Source: Escherichia coli O157:H7
GTDB taxonomy: Bacteria > Pseudomonadota > Gammaproteobacteria > Enterobacterales > Enterobacteriaceae
Reading direction: 5' to 3' (one strand)
NCBI RefSeq assembly: GCF_013167455.1
Contig: NZ_CP038328.1
Length of the DNA stretch: 64,000 bases
Part shown: positions 59,777-64,000 of the stretch, one piece after another
How positions within the stretch are numbered: position 1 is the first letter of the stretch
Layout of the letters: every line of letters begins with the position of its first letter
The notes under the pieces: generated by a model
What the model was told of the DNA's origin: nothing
What the model saw: only the letters and a program-made list of their open reading frames with translations
The model's database searches: none
Program-made: the position numbers and the translations under genes

Positions 59777-61033
59777 CTAAACGTTATCGTGGGGTGGCTG
59801 TTGCTTCGGACGATTGACCATCATCATCGGCTTACCTGCTAATAACAGCCATGCCGGAAGCATGACGATACAGAGCAGCGGTAGCAATGTGGTATTGGGT
59901 ACAACGACTGCCGCCATAAAAAGACTTAACCAGCCATCGCGTGTTACCACCAGCACGATGCCGAGAATAGCGCAGGAAACGGTTATTGCCGCTGGTACGG
60001 CGGGAACGTGCTCATGCAGCATCAACCCTAATGCCACGCCGACAAACACTGCCGGGAAGATTCGCCCACCGCGAAAGCCACTGGCGGCAGCAACGACCAG
60101 GGCGGCAAGTTTAATTACCGCCAGCAAAAAGTAATCGCTGGTGCTGAAAGCCTGATTTGCCACCATCTGCTGCATCTCATCCAGCCCTTTAAACAGCGAA
60201 ACTGGTCCACCAATAACCCCCAGAATACCGAGAATAAATCCGCCAATACCCAGCACGAGCACCGGATTTTTCATTTGATGCATCATCGCGTGCAACCGTG
60301 GTAAGCACCATACGGCGACCATCCCTGCTGCGATGGCAATCGCCGCGACAATTGCACCGCTGAGAATATCGGTCATTTCCATCTGTCCGTAATGCGCAAT
60401 GGGCAGTGAAAAATGGGGATGGAAAAATAATCCGGTAGTAAGTGCACCAGCTGCTGCCGCCATTAACGGCGCAAAAAGACGATCCCATAGCGGAACTTCA
60501 CTACTGCCATTTAAGGTTTGCGAAAATATCAACGCCGCCGCAACAGGTGTACCAAACAGCGCGCCGATGGTTCCGGCAGAGGCTAAAATAGTCCACTCCA
60601 TTCGGTTGACGCGCGGTAACAGACGAGCGCCAATGGCAACCGCAAGGGCGATATTGACGGTCATGATCGGATGTTCCGGCCCCAGGCTGACGCCGCCAGC
60701 AAGACCGAGAATTAATGCTACGATAAGTCCTGGTAGCGCAGAGGGCGGAACCGGTGCGCCGATCAGCGGTTCACAGGCGGGGTCTGGTCCGGCATGACCC
60801 TGGCTGAAACGGATAACCAACCCCACCGCAATACCCGTTAGCGTTAATACACCGATGATCCAGAGGGGTGAATCCTGGGCTATCCCCAGAGTTCCCGGCA
60901 GTCGTTGCCAGAGCAAATTCTGTAATACCGAGGCGATTTTCATCACCACAATCAGAATAAGACTGGACGCAATCCCAATTGCCACGGCGGGGAGCGATAA
61001 TAACAACATGGTTCTGGCTCGCGGATGGAGCAT
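59777..61033 (-). CDS. yfeO: ClC-family ion channel/transporter homolog
   Basis: 418-aa polytopic membrane ORF. Confidence 0.85.
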
Positions 61034-61236
61034 GTTCTATTCCTTATGCGGGGTCAGATACTTAGTTTGCCCAGCTTGCAAAAAGGCATCGCTGCAATTG
61101 GTGCTGAAACGATAAAGTAATTGTGTGACCCAGATCGATATTTACAGGGAGCCTGCCTTTCCGGCGTTGTTGTTATGCCCCCAGGTATTTACAGTGTGAG
61201 AAAGAATTATTTTGACTTTAGCGGAGCAGTTGAAGA

Positions 61237-62202
61237 ATGACAAAGTATGCATTAGTCGGTGATGTGGGCGGCACCAACGCACGTCTTGCTCTGTGTGATA
61301 TTGCCAGTGGTGAAATCTCGCAGGCTAAGACCTATTCAGGGCTTGATTACCCCAGCCTCGAAGCGGTCATTCGCGTTTATCTTGAAGAACATAAGGTCGA
61401 GGTGAAAGACGGCTGTATTGCCATCGCTTGCCCGATTACCGGAGACTGGGTGGCAATGACCAACCATACCTGGGCGTTCTCAATTGCCGAAATGAAAAAG
61501 AATCTCGGTTTTAGCCATCTGGAAATTATTAACGATTTTACCGCTGTATCGATGGCGATCCCGATGCTGAAAAAAGAGCATCTGATTCAGTTTGGTGGCG
61601 CAGAACCGGTAGAAGGTAAGCCTATTGCGGTTTACGGTGCCGGAACGGGGCTTGGGGTTGCGCATCTGGTCCATGTCGATAAGCGTTGGGTAAGCTTGCC
61701 GGGCGAAGGCGGTCACGTTGATTTTGCGCCGAATAGTGAAGAAGAGGCCATTATCCTCGAAATATTGCGTGCGGAAATTGGTCATGTTTCGGCGGAACGC
61801 GTGCTTTCTGGCCCAGGACTGGTGAATTTGTATCGCGCAATTGTTAAAGCCGACAACCGCCTGCCAGAAAATCTCAAGCCAAAAGATATTACCGAACGCG
61901 CGCTGGCTGACAGCTGCACCGATTGCCGCCGTGCGTTGTCGCTGTTTTGCGTCATTATGGGCCGTTTTGGCGGCAATCTGGCGCTCAATCTCGGGACATT
62001 TGGCGGCGTGTTTATTGCGGGCGGTATCGTGCCGCGCTTCCTTGAGTTCTTCAAAGCCTCTGGTTTCCGTGCCGCATTTGAAGATAAAGGGCGCTTTAAA
62101 GAATATGTCCATGATATTCCGGTGTATCTCATCGTCCATGACAATCCGGGTCTTCTCGGTTCCGGTGCACATTTACGCCAGACCTTAGGTCACATTCTGT
62201 AA
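61237..62202 (+). CDS. glk: glucokinase
   Basis: 321-aa [24 protein letters not shown]... (ROK/glucokinase ATP motif). Confidence 0.96.
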   Translation: MTKYALVGDVGGTNARLALCDIASGEISQAKTYSGLDYPSLEAVIRVYLEEHKVEVKDGCIAIACPITGDWVAMTNHTWAFSIAEMKKNLGFSHLEIINDFTAVSMAIPMLKKEHLIQFGGAEPVEGKPIAVYGAGTGLGVAHLVHVDKRWVSLPGEGGHVDFAPNSEEEAIILEILRAEIGHVSAERVLSGPGLVNLYRAIVKADNRLPENLKPKDITERALADSCTDCRRALSLFCVIMGRFGGNLALNLGTFGGVFIAGGIVPRFLEFFKASGFRAAFEDKGRFKEYVHDIPVYLIVHDNPGLLGSGAHLRQTLGHIL

Positions 62203-62420
62203 ATCCTTCCTGTTATATCGGGAGGTAACTCTCCCGATAATCTTTTAAATCATACAGTTAATTCAACTTTTCTTTGTGTCCCCTCACAAGGCCGACCTGC
62301 GTCACACTTCCGTACAGCGGGATTAATTCTCCAGTAAATGCATTATTTGTCTGGTAACGGCGATTTGTTTTGCACGTTCATAATTTCACTCGTCAACTAT
62401 CACTGAACGAGGAATTAACG

Positions 62421-62747
62421 ATGAGTAAGAAACTGATTGCCTTATGTGCCTGCCCAATGGGCCTGGCTCACACTTTTATGGCCGCTCAGGCGCTGGAAGA
62501 AGCGGCGGTAGAAGCCGGTTATGAAGTGAAAATTGAAACCCAGGGCGCGGACGGTATCCAGAATCGCCTGACGGCGCAGGATATCGCCGAAGCGACCATC
62601 ATCATCCACTCCGTGGCAGTTACCCCGGAAGATAACGAACGTTTCGAATCACGCGACGTTTATGAAATCACTTTGCAGGACGCAATTAAAAACGCTGCGG
62701 GCATCATCAAAGAAATCGAAGAGATGATTGCCTCTGAACAACAGTAA
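62421..62747 (+). CDS. fryB: PTS fructose-like EIIB component
   Basis: ORF track 62370..62747; 108-aa product from ATG 62421 (MSKKLIALCACPMGLAHTFMAAQ...), SD GAGGA upstream. Confidence 0.85.
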   Translation: MSKKLIALCACPMGLAHTFMAAQALEEAAVEAGYEVKIETQGADGIQNRLTAQDIAEATIIIHSVAVTPEDNERFESRDVYEITLQDAIKNAAGIIKEIEEMIASEQQ

Positions 62748-62768
62748 TATTCGACAGGGATAATTGTT

Positions 62769-64000
62769 ATGGCCATTAAAAAACGCAGTGCAACCGTTGT
62801 GCCTGGCGCATCCGGTGCGGCAGCGGCAGTTAAGAATCCGCAGGCCTCTAAAAGCAGCTTCTGGGGTGAACTCCCGCAGCATGTGATGTCAGGGATTTCA
62901 CGCATGGTGCCGACCTTAATTATGGGCGGTGTGATCCTCGCTTTCAGCCAGTTGATTGCTTATAGCTGGCTTAAAATTCCTGCTGAGATCGGCATCATGG
63001 ATGCTCTTAATAGCGGGAAATTCTCCGGTTTCGACCTCTCCTTACTGAAATTTGCCTGGTTGTCGCAGTCCTTCGGCGGCGTGTTGTTTGGTTTTGCCAT
63101 TCCGATGTTTGCTGCTTTTGTGGCGAACTCTATCGGTGGCAAACTGGCGTTTCCGGCTGGTTTTATCGGCGGCTTGATGTCTACCCAGCCGACGCAACTG
63201 CTGAACTTCGATCCCAGCACTATGCAATGGGCGACCTCTTCGCCGGTGCCGTCCACCTTCATTGGTGCGCTGATTATTTCTATCGTTGCCGGTTACCTTG
63301 TGAAATGGATGAACCAGAAAATCCAGTTACCGGATTTCCTGTTAGCGTTCAAAACCACATTTTTGCTACCGATTCTTTCCGCTATTTTTGTCATGCTGGC
63401 GATGTACTACGTCATCACCCCCTTTGGGGGCTGGATCAACGGCGGTATCCGTACTGTGCTGACTGCCGCAGGTGAGAAGGGCGCGCTGATGTACGCAATG
63501 GGGATCGCCGCGGCGACAGCAATCGACCTTGGTGGCCCGATCAACAAAGCCGCAGGTTTTGTTGCCTTCAGCTTTACCACTGACCACGTATTACCGGTCA
63601 CCGCTCGTTCTATCGCTATCGTTATTCCGCCGATTGGTCTGGGTCTGGCGACCATTATTGACCGTCGTTTAACCGGCAAACGCCTGTTCAACGCACAACT
63701 TTATCCGCAGGGTAAGACCGCGATGTTCCTTGCCTTTATGGGGATCAGTGAGGGTGCGATTCCGTTTGCGCTGGAAAGCCCCATCACCGCCATTCCGTCG
63801 TATATGGTCGGCGCGATTGTCGGCTCAACCGCCGCTGTCTGGCTGGGCGCAGTGCAATGGTTCCCGGAATCCGCTATCTGGGCATGGCCGCTGGTCACTA
63901 ACCTGGGCGTCTATATGGCGGGGATCGCGCTGGGGGCAGTCATAACTGCGCTGATGGTGGTGTTCCTGCGTCTGATGATGTTCCGTAAAGGCAAATTGTT
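62769..64000 (+). CDS. fryC: PTS fructose-like EIIC component (partial; 3' end just beyond window)
   Basis: ATG 62769 (MAIKKRSATVVPGASGAAAAVKNP...) opens a membrane-protein frame with no stop before window end, so absent from ORF track; follows fryB by 21 nt. Confidence 0.8.
   Translation, partial: MAIKKRSATVVPGASGAAAAVKNPQASKSSFWGELPQHVMSGISRMVPTLIMGGVILAFSQLIAYSWLKIPAEIGIMDALNSGKFSGFDLSLLKFAWLSQSFGGVLFGFAIPMFAAFVANSIGGKLAFPAGFIGGLMSTQPTQLLNFDPSTMQWATSSPVPSTFIGALIISIVAGYLVKWMNQKIQLPDFLLAFKTTFLLPILSAIFVMLAMYYVITPFGGWINGGIRTVLTAAGEKGALMYAMGIAAATAIDLGGPINKAAGFVAFSFTTDHVLPVTARSIAIVIPPIGLGLATIIDRRLTGKRLFNAQLYPQGKTAMFLAFMGISEGAIPFALESPITAIPSYMVGAIVGSTAAVWLGAVQWFPESAIWAWPLVTNLGVYMAGIALGAVITALMVVFLRLMMFRKGKL

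Overview
This 64 kb window is an Escherichia coli-type chromosomal segment, colinear from memory with the K-12 region tktB...fryC (b2465 down to b2386) in inverted orientation. It is almost entirely well-characterised core genome, and I find no convincing evidence of a novel multi-gene system. Content in order: talA-tktB (tktB truncated at the window start), maeB, a complete uninterrupted 17-gene ethanolamine-utilisation (eut) microcompartment operon eutSPQTDMNEJGHABCLKR, hemF-amiA, ypeA-yfeZ-yfeY-yfeX, the MurNAc locus yfeW-murP-murQ/murR, ucpA, cysPUWAM, yfeK, pdxK, crr-ptsI-ptsH, cysK-cysZ, zipA-ligA-ypeB, yfeH/yfeR, a tRNA operon (valU-valX-valY-lysV), gltX, yfeD-yfeC, alaW-alaX, pdeA(yfeA), nupC, mntH, ypeC, yfeO, glk and fryB-fryC (fryC runs off the window end). 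The accessory content is small: (1) an IS200/IS605-family element (tnpA plus tnpB) inserted between gltX and yfeD, whose tnpB is itself split by a 1310 bp IS3-family element I recognise as IS629, with a 3 bp TTC target duplication; (2) a low-GC FlxA-like coiled-coil gene with a near-consensus sigma-28 (FliA) promoter sitting next to the lysV terminator, where K-12 carries xapR-xapB-xapA-yfeN; (3) absences relative to K-12: no CPZ-55 prophage in eut, no yfeS between cysM and yfeK, no IS186 between nupC and pdeA. All gene names are from recall of E. coli proteins and the supplied ORF translations; no database search was run. Nucleotide-level coordinates of small sites may be off by 1-2 bp.
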